Assembly (NCBI RefSeq): GCF_009914755.1
Contig: NC_060932.1
From: the human T2T-CHM13v2.0 reference genome, Homo sapiens
Strand: one strand, 5' to 3'
Length of the DNA stretch: 64,000 nucleotides
Both the position numbers and the translations under genes were made by a program. Shown one piece after another: positions 1 to 13,271 of this stretch (the first letter of the stretch is position 1; each line of letters starts with the position of its first letter). The notes below the pieces were generated by a model, which worked only from the letters and a program-made list of their open reading frames with translations, did not search any database and was not told the origin of the DNA.

Positions 1-47
1 CCACCTTGACCTCCCAAAGCAGTGGGATCACAGGCTTGCCACCAGCA
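1..47 (-). mobile_element. Alu 5' end fragment, cut by the window edge
   Basis: ccaccttgacctcccaaagcagtgggatcacaggc resembles the reverse complement of the Alu left-arm start. Confidence 0.8.
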
Positions 48-149
48 TTGCCACCTCTAACCTCACCAAAATAACATCTTTAGGTTTCCAATAAGGCTTT
101 TGAAACAGTAAGTTTCATGTATTCATTTTGTCTTCTAAGGGAAAACAGT

Positions 150-726
150 AACAAGTGAAGAGCAAAAGACAATGTGACAGACAACTTCTGCCAGGGTTTG
201 TAACGATCCCACCTCTTGGTGTACCTGTCCTTGGCGGAACCTCCTCCCCATATGTGTGGGCTGGACTTGGTGGCATGCTTCTGGTGAGTGGAATATGGCA
301 AAGTTGATGAAACTAAGTTTGGAAAGTCAGTGACTTCTGTCTTGTTTGCATTCTCTTTGGCTCCTCTCATGTGCTTGCTCTAATGGAACAAACTGGAGAG
401 GCCCATGTAGCATGGAACCGAAGGTAAACTCCAGCCAACCACCATCAAAGAACTGAGGCCCTCGGTCTAACAGTTCTTGAGAAACTAAATCCTGTCAACA
501 ATCACTTCAGTGAGCATGAAAGCAAATCCTTCTCCAATAAAGCCTTAAGATGAGACCATAGCCCTTGATGACACCTTGACTGAAGCCTTTTTAGAGGCTC
601 TGACAGAGAGGACTAAGTTAGGCTAAGCTTCAATTCATGATGCACAGAAACAATGGGAAAATAAATGTACATTGTATTAAGTTAAATTTTGGGGTAATTT
701 GTCACACAGAAATAGATAACTAATAC
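150..726 (+). mobile_element. MaLR solo LTR, MLT1 family
   Basis: Typical MLT1 3' end ttttggggtaatttgtcacacagaaatagataactaataca; internal aagaactgaggccctc motif. Confidence 0.75.
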
Positions 727-854
727 AGCAAACTTTTATAACAATATTAAGGGGGTTGGATAAAAATATTAATTAAAAGTCCATTTTGTGCTACATTTTT
801 ATCTGTATTATCTCATTATTCTTCAGATCAACCCTGTTTTTCCACTTAAATTAA

Positions 855-925
855 ATTTTTAAAAAATATATTTGGGGGTACAAGTGTAGATTTCTTACAT
901 GCATATATTGCATAGTGGTGAAGCC
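855..925 (-). mobile_element. L1 3'-end fragment (L1PB/L1MA-like)
   Basis: tttgggggtacaagtgtagatttcttacatgcatatattgcatagtggtgaag. Confidence 0.65.
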
Positions 926-1179
926 TTGTTGTTAACTTTTAACTGGCATTTTAACTGACTAACAGAGTCAGCATAAGCAGTTATTGCATCTTTAGAATTC
1001 CATTTAGGCTTTGTGCCAGTTATCAATTTATTAGCTGTCAGCTCCAAATTTATATTTTAATACCTGCTCTGCTATAATGGACAGACTGCCTTTACACGTT
1101 TCTTCTTGACAGTGAACATGATGTTAAGCTTTCTCATAAAGGGTGGGGAAGGACATTGCAGGAGGAAAGGTCTTTTCCT

Positions 1180-1794
1180 CTTGTTTCTGCTGGCTGCACT
1201 AGGGGAGAGGATTTCAGTGGTGGTCTGCCCCAGCCGTGAACCCAGAATGCACAGTCCCTTTCTGACCCCGCGCCCTGGCCTATCCTGATGGTCACAGACA
1301 CTGCACTTTAGGCACCCTGCCCACACTGAACCCCAACAACTCCCTCTGCTTTTCTACTCCCTGCATCCCAGGTTTGTTTCCAGAAGCTCTCCTAACACAG
1401 TCACTGGGCCCTCTAGCCCTCTTGTCTAAACGGGTGCCCCACAGCTCCCTCTGCAGGCCTGTATGTCTGCCCACCAGCTACAGCTTGCCTGAACCACACA
1501 GGGTTGCTTCCTGCCTGCCTTAGGACTGTAGACCAGCAAACTTCTCTGTCATCTAGTAGATTGCAACAATATCTTCTCCAGTGAGGTCTGAACCTGAACC
1601 TTGGGAAGGGGACCCCTTCAGTGTTTTTCCTTCCTTGAGGACTCTTCTTTATCTCTAGAGTACTGTATAGAATTTTCTTACTTATTAACGTTACCCTTCA
1701 GTGCTTTGTAATTGTTTTGTAATTCTTTATATTAAATTTTTCTGTCTAAATTACTGTATAGTTTCTGTTTCCTGATTGAACCCTGACTGATCTA
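1180..1794 (+). mobile_element. ERVL-class LTR (MER74/MER73-like)
   Basis: 3' end attaaatttttctgtctaaattactgtatagtttctgtttcctgattgaaccctgactgat; 5' boundary uncertain. Confidence 0.5.
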
Positions 1795-2239
1795 GGCCTT
1801 TTGAGAAACAGAGGAGGCTGCTCTATAATATTTCAGCACTGGCATATTGTGGCCCCTTTCTCCATTGATTCGAAGAAGCAGCAGGATAGAAAGACAAATA
1901 CCTGGGGCAGAGAATCAGGAAGCTAGAGATCTCTTGTTTTGTGACCAATTTACTGTATAAGCTCAGGCAGGCCATTCCTTTCTTCAGCATACAGATATGG
2001 TAATCTATTTTGCCCTTGCTGTTCCACTAAATGCAAAAACTGCTACTATGAATAAGACACAATCCCCATTTGCCTTCAAGGAACTCAGTATTTGGGGAAG
2101 AGAGGAAAGACTGATATGAAAGACAGTATTAAAATACAACATAGATATTTCAATAACTGACATAGGTACAAAGATGGCCCAGAGGAGAAGGAATCCAGTA
2201 AGTGTTCCTAGAAAAGGGGGGAAGACTTTATAGAGGAGA

Positions 2240-2588
2240 TGATATGGTTTGGCTTTGTGTCCCCACCCAAATCTCATCTCAAATTGTAATCCCTACATGT
2301 CAAGGGAGGGACCTGGTGGGAGGTAACTGGATCATGGGGGTGGTTTTCCCCAGGCTGATCTCATAATACTAAGTGAGTTCTCAGAAGAGCTGATGATTTT
2401 GAAGTGTGGTACTTCCTCTCTCTCCTGCTGCCATGTAATGTCTTTCTTCCCTTTCACCTTCTGCCATGATTGTAAGTTTCCTGAGGCCTCCCCAACCATT
2501 TGGAACTGTGAGTCAATTAAACTTCTTTTCTAAATAAGTTACCCAGTCTCAGGTATTCTTTATAGCAGTGTGAAAATGAACTAATACA
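2240..2588 (+). mobile_element. THE1D-like MaLR LTR
   Basis: Starts tgatatggtttggctttgtgtccccacccaaatctcatc, ends gtgtgaaaatgaactaataca. Confidence 0.9.
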
Positions 2589-4228
2589 GAGATTTGGTAC
2601 TGGCAGAGTGGGGTATTGCTATAACAATAACCTGAAAATGTGGAAGCAACTTTGGAATTGGTTAACAGGCAGAGGTTGAAACAATTTGGAGGACTCAGAA
2701 GACAGAAAGATGTGAAAAAGTTTGGAACTTTCTAGACACTTGTTGGATGGTTTTGACCAGAATGCTGATAGCAATATGGACAATGAAGTTCAGGCTGAGG
2801 TGATCTCGGATGGAGATGAGAAACTTACTGGGAACTAGAGTAAAGGTCACTCATGCTATGCTTTAGCAAAGAGACTGGCAGCATTTTGCCCCTGTCCTAG
2901 AGATCTGTGGAACTTTAAACTTGAGAGAGATGATGTAGGGCATCTGGTGGAAGATATTTCTGAGCAGCAAAGCATTCAAGACATGACCTGGCTTATTCTG
3001 AAAGTGTTCAGTTATATGTATTCACAAAGAGATGGTTTGAAATGGAAACATGTTTAAAAGGGAGGCAGAGCATAAAGGTTTGGGAAATTTGCAGCTTGAC
3101 CCTGTGGTAGAAAAGAAAAAAAAAAACATTTTCTGGGGAAGAATTCAAGCCTGCTGCAGAAACTTGCATAAGTACCGAGGAGCTGAATGTTAATAGCCAA
3201 GACAATGGGGAAAATGTCTTGAGGGCATGTCAGAGACATTCATGGCAGCCCTACCCATCATAGGCCTGGAGGCCTACGAGGGAAAAATGGTTTTGTGGGT
3301 GAGGCCCGGGACCCAAGGTACAGATCGGGCCATTGCTTCAGAGAGTGCAGGACACAAGCCTTGGTGGCTTTCACATGATGTTGATCCTGTGGGTTCACAG
3401 AAGTCAAGAACTGAGGTGTGGGAACCTCCACCTATATTTCAGAGGATGTATGGAAATGCCTAGATGTCCAGGCAGAAATTTGCTACAGGGGCGGAGCCCT
3501 CATAGAGAACCTCTGCTAGGCAGTGCAGAAGGGAAATGTGGGATTGGACCCCCAGTGCAGAGTCCCCACTGGGGCACTGCCTAGTGGAGCTATGAGAAGA
3601 GGGCCACCATTCTCCAGATCCCAGAATGGTAGATACACTGACAACTTGCACCATCAGCCTGCAAAAGCCACAGGCACTCAATGCCAGCCTGTGAAAGCAG
3701 CTGTGGGGACTGTACCCTGCAGAGCCTCAGGGGCAGAGCTGCTCAAGGCCTTGGGAACCCAGCTCTTGCATCAGTGTGCCCTGGATGTGAGACATTGAGT
3801 CAAAGGAGATCTTTTTTTTTTTTTTTTTTGAGATGAGTCTCACTCTGTTGCCCAGGCTAGAATGCAGTGATGTGACCTCAGCTCACTTCAACCTCCACCT
3901 CCTGGGTTGAAGAGATTCCCCTGCTTCAGCCTCCTGAGTAGCTGGGATTACAGGTATCCACCACCATGCATGGCTAATTTTTATATTTTTAGTAAAGATG
4001 GGTTTTTGCCATGTCGGCCAGGTTGGTCTTGAACTCCTGAGCTCAGGTGATCCACCTGCCTTGGCTTCCCAAAGTTCTAAGATTACAGCCATGAGCCACT
4101 GCACCCAGTCTAGGAGATCATTTTACAGCTTTAAGAATTAATGACTGTCCCACTGGGTTTTGGACTTGCATGGGGCCTGTGGCCCCTTTGTATTGACCAA
4201 TTTCTTCCATTTGAAACAGGAGCATTTT
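2589..4228 (+). mobile_element. THE1/MST internal region, 3'-truncated, interrupted by an Alu
   Basis: Follows the LTR directly (tggtactggcagagtggggtattgct...aatgtggaagcaactttggaa); resumes after the Alu and stops near 4228 with no 3' LTR. Confidence 0.88.
3812..4110 (-). mobile_element. Alu (AluS-like)
   Basis: Full dimer with poly-T; TSD aggagatc on both sides. Confidence 0.95.
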
Positions 4229-4661
4229 CTTAGTTGCAAAATGAAAGTGCCAAACTACAGACCTCTAGGTAGAGTCTCTGAGAGCCTTAACCCATGATGT
4301 TCTCAGAGATAAGATTCTGGAGTCTTATTTTAATGACCCATTAGCCTTTAATATTCTTCTTCTCATGAGATTTTCTAAGTTTAGGAGGACAAAATGTGTA
4401 TGTTTCCCAAGATAAGAGGATATGAGGATGGGTTATGACTAATTTCTGGAAGTCACTTGCTTATGAGTTTTGGGAGTTTGGGATAGTGACAATGGTGGGT
4501 TGAAGAATGTGCACTGATTGGGGGAACTAGGCTGGGTGTCTTCCACTGGAAGAAAGGTGCTTAAGAAAGATGAGGTTCATGGGGGTGGGTAGCTTTTGAC
4601 TTGTTTTGCTGATGTTGAAGGAATTAACAACAAGGGTCTACTGTGAATATTGCTGAGTCAA

Positions 4662-5422
<761 letters not shown>

Positions 5423-5539
5423 GTTGGTGACTCGAAGCTACATAGCTGTGGATGTGACAGGTTGTTTATATTAAGCCATCCCTATGGCTGATTGACTTAA
5501 CAAGACTTATGGCAGTGAAATAGAAAAAGCTCAGATTTT

Positions 5540-5735
5540 GAACTTATCTATGACTGTGAATTCCTGTTCTGCCACCTATTAGCCATTCGACCTTGGCCAT
5601 ATTCATCATACCTCTCCATGCCTCGGTCTTCTCATCTTAAAATGGTGAAATAAATACCTGTTTCATAAAATTGCAACTATACTTAAATGAGATTACATTA
5701 AGAGCACTTTTTATAGAGAAGGGACTCAACAAAAA
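5540..5735 (+). mobile_element. MIR
   Basis: MIR core cctctccatgcctcggtcttctcatcttaaaatgg. Confidence 0.65.
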
Positions 5736-6629
5736 ATAAGCTGAGATTATTATTAATCAAGGTATTTCAGGGTCAGTTCTCTGTTTCTAAAGCAGGAAAG
5801 GATGAGGGAGGCAGGTTGAATGAATGGCTAGATCAAGGTTGAATGTAAAATTTTAATGGGCATAGATTATTTGGCTGATACCAAACTGAATTCAAGTTTT
5901 ATATTAATTTTGCCCTACAGACTTGCTGTCCATATTAAAACCTCTTTCCACAGTATTCGTATTTCTTATCCATTGTTCTCTAAATCTATAACATCGTCAT
6001 CATTCTTAATTCCCCGGTGACATCTTACGCTAACCCATAGCCTCAAAGTATGTCCACTGTAATTACTTTCCTAAGATATTTGGTGACAAGTTTGATTTCA
6101 TTATAAATTGTTGAATGGTTGCTGAAACCAATTCTATTGACCTTGATCTTTTGAGAAATTGATATCCTTCTTTGTTTTCTGCTTGTCTTCATGGTGTTCT
6201 AACAATTACTGAGATTTATTAAGGTGTTTCAGAAATTATTCCTTCTGTGTTGGAAACAGCATCTAGTCTTTGGAACTTAGAAGATATTGAGGCTTTTGTT
6301 GTTGTTTTGCAAAAGTAAGCTTTTTTGAAATTGAACAGTTTTACTTTTAGGAGAAGCCTCTCACTTAGTAGATTATCTAAGATTTCATATATGCCATAAA
6401 ATGCTTAGAAAATCATTTGGTAGACATATCAGCTTAAAAGATTTTCAAGCAGTTAGGAATGTTCTGAGCTATGTGCTTGATATTCAACATTGGGAATGGG
6501 TTATTCCTGCTTCTAAAAGGGGGAAGAGAACAAGGAATGGAAAAAGAAAAGAAAAACTACAAAACTAAAAATGTCCTCATATTTTGAACTAAAGTTGTTT
6601 AAGTATCTGATATTATTATATACATATAG

Positions 6630-6631
<2 letters not shown>

Positions 6632-6668
<37 letters not shown>
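6632..6668. repeat. (TG)n microsatellite
   Basis: Directly visible. Confidence 0.98.
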
Positions 6669-6669
<1 letters not shown>

Positions 6670-6672
<3 letters not shown>

Positions 6673-6778
6673 AGAGACAGAGTCTTACTTTGCCCAGGCT
6701 GAATTTAAACTCCTAGGTTCAAGTGACCCTCCCATCTCAGCCTCCCAAGTAGCTGGGACTACAGGCAAATGCCCAGCT
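6670..6778 (-). mobile_element. Alu monomer (FLAM-like)
   Basis: gtagagacagagtcttactttgcccaggctg...cctcccaagtagctgggactacaggc; tctgatat lies on both sides of the microsatellite plus monomer. Confidence 0.8.
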
Positions 6779-7555
6779 CTCTGATATATCAGAGAAAACT
6801 ATCAATGTTGAGTCTTAAGTGACTAGCAAATGAAGTAGTCAGTTGATGTAATGTGAGTCTAAAAAGGCTGATTGCCAAAGCCACTGTCAATTTCTCTCTG
6901 TCTGTCTCTTTCTTTCTGTTTCTCTGTCTCTCCCTGTCACCCTTTCCAGCTCCATCTTTTTATTCCTTTCCTTTCTCTTTTCTAATTTTTAAAAATTTAT
7001 TTAAAATGTTTCTTTATATACATGCACACATACATACCCACACATACATTTACATAAATGCTTAAATGGAATCATATCATAATTTTTTAGGGCTATAATT
7101 TTTTTATCTTTGTTTGCCTCCTTTAGCCACTCTCCTTTCCTCTTCTCCAAATCAGACAGGCCTTACCTCTTATGAATCTGTTTTTCTTCATGCTCTATAA
7201 TTACAAAGAAGCTACATATATATGCACACTGATATATGCACAACTGTACAGATAGAGGCAATTTTTCAGTTGTTTTAAAAAATGAGATTATATTATTTCT
7301 ACTCCTCTGCATTTTCTTTTTCTCAAAGGAACTTCAAGAAAATTTCTCTTAAGTATCTAGTGAAATCCAAACTCATTTTAATAGATGCATAATATTTCAT
7401 TATGTAAATTAATCTTAATATATTCAACCACTCCCTAAGTTGTTGGGCATTCACTTGCTTGCAGTTGTTGACCATTCTCAACAATGCTACGGTAAACGTA
7501 CTTGTATGTATTTTTAGATACTAATGCCTTTATTTATCCATTTAATTAATTAATG

Positions 7556-7865
<310 letters not shown>

Positions 7866-8667
7866 TGATATAAAATGTGATATATTGTTATGTGACCGGT
7901 AGAATTGCTAGATGAAAGGATGCAAATATATTAAATTATAACAGATACTGCTCGATTGTCTTTCAGAAAGACTGTAAAACTGACATTTCCCTCAGGTAAT
8001 GTAGGAGAGTCTCCCTTCCCCTGACATTCTTGATCCTTATTTTGCTTTACTTTTTGTCAGATGTGACATCTCATCGTTACCTCTTTTTTGGCATTTACCC
8101 AACTACCAATGAATTTGAACATCTTTTCATGTGTTTGCTGGTCACTTAGACTTGCTCTCCTGTGAACTGTCTATTTATATTCTTTACTTATGTTATTGTA
8201 CATTATTTTGTAAGAGGTGTTCAGATATTATAGATAACTTTTTGATGTCTTAAGGTGTAAAATGTTTTTTCCCCCAAAGCAGTCTTTATCTATTGATTTT
8301 ATTTGTGAACTTTTACTCTAATTTAAAAATTATATTGTCAAATATTTTCCCTCCCTCTCTTCCTCCTTCCCTCCCTTTCTTCCATCCTTCTTTCTTCATT
8401 GTTTTTTTCTTTAAGCTTTTGGTTTTTCTCATTTGGTGAATATAATTTCCTGTACACCTATATTGTATGTGTAGTCTCTTACATTTTGTTTAAATATTTT
8501 AATTTTATTTATTTTTGTTTTGTACATGGTATAAATGGAGGTCCAACTTTATTTCCTCCTACCCCCAGTATTATTCTAGGGGTTAGAAAATTATATTACT
8601 ATTATACTATTATATTATTTAGAAAATTGAATAATAAATTTATTACTCAAGAAATTAAAATATTTTA

Positions 8668-8965
8668 AGGGGCTGGGGGATAAAGATAAATTGATTAATA
8701 GGTGTAAATATACAGTTTGATAGAATAAATAAGACCCAGTATTCAATAGATTAGTAGGGTGACTACAGTTTCCAACTATCTATTGTATATTTCAAAATAG
8801 GTGAGAATAATTTGAATGATTCTAGCATAAAGAAAAAACAAATATTTAGTTGAGATATTCCAAATATACCGATTTAATCTTTACAAATTATATGAATGTA
8901 TTACATTATCACATGTACCCCAAAACTATGTACATCTCTTATGCATCAATAAAAATGGTTTTAAA
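8668..8965 (+). mobile_element. L1MA 3' end nested in the older L1
   Basis: gatagaataaataagacccagtattc...cacatgtaccccaaaactatgtacatc...aataaaaa. Confidence 0.8.
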
Positions 8966-10059
8966 GGGAAAATTAATATATCCCTTTGCCACATATGTAC
9001 TTATGTCTATTTATTTCTGAGTTATTTATTTTATTCCACTGATTTATTATTTTTAATCTATTTTCATGTCAACATAATAACAACTGTATTACAGTGGCTG
9101 TATAGTCTATTATTGTCATTAGATATTTTAAAATACTTTTTTTGGGCTATTCTGGATATTTACACTTTCACATGAAACTTATGATAGCTGTATTGAGATA
9201 AAAGATTCTTTTGGGATACTAATTAGAATTTCATTGATTTACATATTACTTTTGGGAAAAATGACATTTTTATTATTATATTCCCATCCAACAATGGTAC
9301 ATCTTTGCATTTGTTCCAATTTTGTTTTGTGTCTTCTGATAAGATTTACATTGTTCTTCATATATGTGCTGTGCTTGTATTGTTACTATGTTATAGTTTT
9401 TATCATTTTTGGGAAAGGAATAGTCTTCCGTTTGCATTTGTGTTTATTATTACCACAGAGAAAAGCTATTGATTTAATACATTGTATCCAATGGGTAGAT
9501 AATTTCAGTGAGCATATGACCATATTTACTATTCATCCAACAACTATTTATGAAGCAATTTTCTAAGTACTAGGGATATAGCAGTTGACAAAACATACGA
9601 AACCCCTGTCCTAGATCAGAGGCGAAAATAGGGAAAATATGGTTTCAGTCATCGAGAATGAGGGACATGATTAGCTAAAGGAACAAACTCAGAATATTTA
9701 TTTGACTTCATGGTGTCCTGCAGGATATGACAAAACAGTGATCAACCAAGATGCTGATTCTCCTTTCAACCTAACTTTTCTGAATTCTCTGTGCCACCTT
9801 CTGAGGTTTCTGCAATTTTCCCCCTCAATGACCCTCCACTATATCTTTTCTTTGATGCGTCACATGCTCTCAGAGTTTATGTGCTCTGAGACACATCTTT
9901 TGATTTACAAAGTGGGGACACATAAAAAAATCCCTGTATTGCCATTTGGAACCCAAGAAGAAATATAACAGACAACAGCACTGTTATTTATCTAAGCTTT
10001 CTAGAAACCAATTATTTAATTACTATTTCAACATTAGCTCCTTTATCTACATATCTAAA

Positions 10060-10330
10060 GACTTTTCATGGATTTTCATCATGAAACAGTGTTGAGTGCT
10101 TTGTTAAAATCTAAATAAGTTATCATTAGCCTGGTGTTCCTGTGTACTCATTCAGTTCTGTCAAAAGATGTGATGTGGTCTGATGTGGTTCAGGCTCTTA
10201 TAAATGTGTACTAATAATTTGACATCATGTCCTTTTTTCCAAGATAGACAAAATTAATTTCTTTGTTGCATTTTCAAATAACTTGGAGATACCAAGATAC
10301 GAGTCATCTTAGGGATTAACAATTGCCTCT
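10060..10330 (-). mobile_element. CR1/L3 fragment
   Basis: tgctttgttaaaatctaaataag...ttctgtcaaaagatg resembles antisense CR1 ORF2. Confidence 0.4.
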
Positions 10331-11413
10331 GTCTCTTCTGGAATTTGACTCACATTATTTTCTGTGGCTCCGGAATAGTTCTTTTGATGATGATAATAAA
10401 TCATAGATATCTTTTTCAATAATTTGCGGCCTCACAATCCTGATAAGATTGTTAATCTTTATTATTGCCTGTCTAGACTCTCGCATCTGGGGGTTGATTA
10501 TGAGAAACCTGAACTGTACATTAATTTCTCTCTAGTTTGTTTTCAAGCTTATTAACTCAAATTTATAAACCAATTTCTGTTTATATGCCCCTAGAATAAG
10601 AATGTAACACTGAATTGTTTCAGAGGCTCCATGTACATAGTAACTGGTGATTAATAAAGGATGCTTTAAGTGATTCAGCTATTCAACTTTTGGGGGGGCC
10701 AAATGTAGACCAGGGATGAGCTATGTGGTAGACAGAAGGTACCGAGTACCTGATAATCATGTTTATTGTGAGTAGGACACACTCGAGCATTAAAAACATG
10801 CCAGTCGGTGTGGTCTGATCTTATCCTTCTTCATACTGCACAGAAGCATGTACTGTCTCTGCATCATATTACTATAATATGATGTTTCTTCATACTTTTC
10901 TTGCTACTGTTGGACTTTCCCAGCCTGACTTATTTTCCTTGAAAATAGACATTGTCTTTATTTATTACTGACCAGTCTTTATTATCTAGCACAGTAGTCA
11001 ACACAAGCATACATGTGGCACTTAATGAATGTTATTAGATTTGGAGGGTCAAGTCTGGCCAGGCTGTTCTGGGTGGGTTCTGCAGTCACCTGGAGTGTGC
11101 CATGTCAGTAAGATCAAACTTCTCATGCTCTTTTCCTGCTGCAAAATACCCTAATACAGAACAATTTAAGGGTAAGCATCTGAGTCAAGTCCTTTGGGAA
11201 ACCAGAGTGTATGAAACAATTTCTGATGAGTCAATGTTAGTTCCTGGGTGGTAGATTACCTCTTTTAGGGATTAGCAGAGGGTAGCAACCAACTATCCAG
11301 AAAACACCTGCTTCTAGTTTGGAATGCCCAGAAAGATAGAGAATTGTCAGAATCAGAAAACCTCTAAATTATGTCACTATCTCTAGTTTGCCCTTGAAAT
11401 CAGTCATTTGAAG

Positions 11414-11755
11414 CAGGGGTCCCCAGTCGCCTGGCTGTGGACCAGTACCAGTCTGTGGCCTGTTAGGAACTGGGCTGCACAGTAGGAAGTGAGTGGCAGG
11501 CCATTGAACATTACCACCTGAGCTCCGCCTCCTGTCAGATCATCAGCAGCATTAGATTCTCATAGGAGCCTGAACCCTACCTATTGTGAACTGCGCATGT
11601 TGGGGATCTAGGTTGTGCGCTCCTTATGAGAATCTAACTAATGCTTGATTATCTGAGGAGAAACAATTTCATCCCGAAACCTCCCCCAATCCCCTGCGGA
11701 AAAATTGCCTTCCATGAAATTGTTCTCTGGTGCCAGAACAGGTTGGGGACGGCTG
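11414..11755 (+). mobile_element. MER1B (hAT-Charlie MITE)
   Basis: Termini caggggtcccc ... ggttggggacggctg; internal cattagattctcataggagc. Confidence 0.88.
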
Positions 11756-11847
11756 ATAGACTGAATTCAGTGAAGATTTCCCATCCTTCCTATGTCTGAG
11801 TATAAATTTCTTATATTCTTGGCTATTTTGAAAAGAGCAAGAAATAT

Positions 11848-12503
11848 TACTATGGATCAAATGTGTCCCCTAAAGTTCTTTAATCCCAAATGTGACAGTG
11901 TTGATAGGTGGGGCTTAGTAAGAAGCGATGAGGTCATGAGGGCTCATGAACAGATGAATGCCATTATGAGGGTGGCTTTATTATAAAAGTGATTTCAGCC
12001 CTGTCTTGCTCTTGCTTTCTTGTGCTCTTATGCCCCCCAACCTTCTGCCACAACAAAAAGGTCCTCACCAGAGGCGGCCCCTCTACCTTGGACTTTCCAG
12101 CCTCCAGAACTGTAAAATATTACTTTCTTTTCTTTTTTTTTTTTTTTTTTGACAGAGTTTTGCTCTTGTTGCCCAGGCTGGAGTACAATGGCATGATCTT
12201 GGCTCATCGCAACTTCGGCCTCCTGGGTTCAAGTGATTCTCCTGCCTCAGCCTCCTGAGTAGCTGGGATTACAGGCATGTGCCACCACGCATGGCTAATT
12301 TTGTATTTTTAGTAGAGATGGGGTTTCTCCATGTTGGTCAGGCTGGTCTTGAACCCCTGACATCAGGTGATTCGCCTGCCTCAGCCTCCTGAAGTGCTGA
12401 GATTACAGGCATGAGCCACTGCGCCCAGCCAATAACTTTCTTTTCTTTATAAATTACTCAGTCTGTGTCATTCTGTTACAGTAATCCGAAATGGACTAAG
12501 ACA
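11848..12503 (+). mobile_element. MSTD/MLT1A-like solo LTR, interrupted by an Alu
   Basis: ccttggactttccagcctccagaactgt ... ataaattactcagtctgtg...aatggactaagaca. Confidence 0.8.
12128..12430 (-). mobile_element. Alu (AluSp/Sq-like)
   Basis: Full dimer, gagttttgctcttgttgccc; actttcttttc on both flanks. Confidence 0.95.
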
Positions 12504-12689
12504 AATATTTTGTCTTTCAAGAGACAATCTCTTCATAAATGTTTACATGGGAAAGGTAGAAAGAAGATGATTGATTTGCACTTTAGGTACAAGTTGACTG
12601 AAAATTCAGGGTTAGGGAAAATATACCAACTGTACATTGTCCTTGCATCTAATCTATGTTGCTGTTTAGCTCAGAAATGCTGTTTAGGA

Positions 12690-12870
12690 CAGTAATTGCT
12701 ATCATTAATTCTATGCTTACTAAGTGTCAGACACTTTATATACATGCACAGTTAAACCTCACAACAAATATGAGAGTTCAGTGTAATTATTCTCATTTTC
12801 CAGATGAGAAGAGGAAGTACAGAACAGTTAGGCAATCTGTCAAAAGTCACTTAGCTAATAAGTAGTAGGA
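12690..12870 (-). mobile_element. MIR
   Basis: cattttccagatgagaagagg...aagtcacttagctaataagt. Confidence 0.6.
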
Positions 12871-13252
12871 CCTTATGTGCCTTGGACCCATGGCCATGAA
12901 ACTCTAAAATCCACAAACTGTTAAACTCTATGGTATACTAACAAAATACATAAAGTGTAATTAGCAAAGATGATTCCTCCTTGTTTTGGGGTTGTATTCA
13001 CCAGGCAGGGACCTTGTTCTATGTGGTAATTAATAACCCACTATAGAACATATCCAAGTAAAGAATTTCTTTAGGTATAAATACTAATATAAACATATAC
13101 TTTTGCAGGTAATTATTTTAATTATGTACTTGCATTTTCTTTATGGCAATACATTTAAATTTGCAACAGTATCCACCTATTGGTAGAGTTTACATTGTTA
13201 TTTATCAAGAAAAATCATTATAATTTTAAAAATAATAGTAGAGAACCACATT

Positions 13253-13271
13253 TGACCACCAGATGGCAGCA
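13253..13271 (+). promoter_or_regulatory. Candidate CTCF binding site
   Basis: tgaccaccagatggcagca matches the CTCF core CCASYAGRKGGCRS, in apparently non-repeat DNA. Confidence 0.6.
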
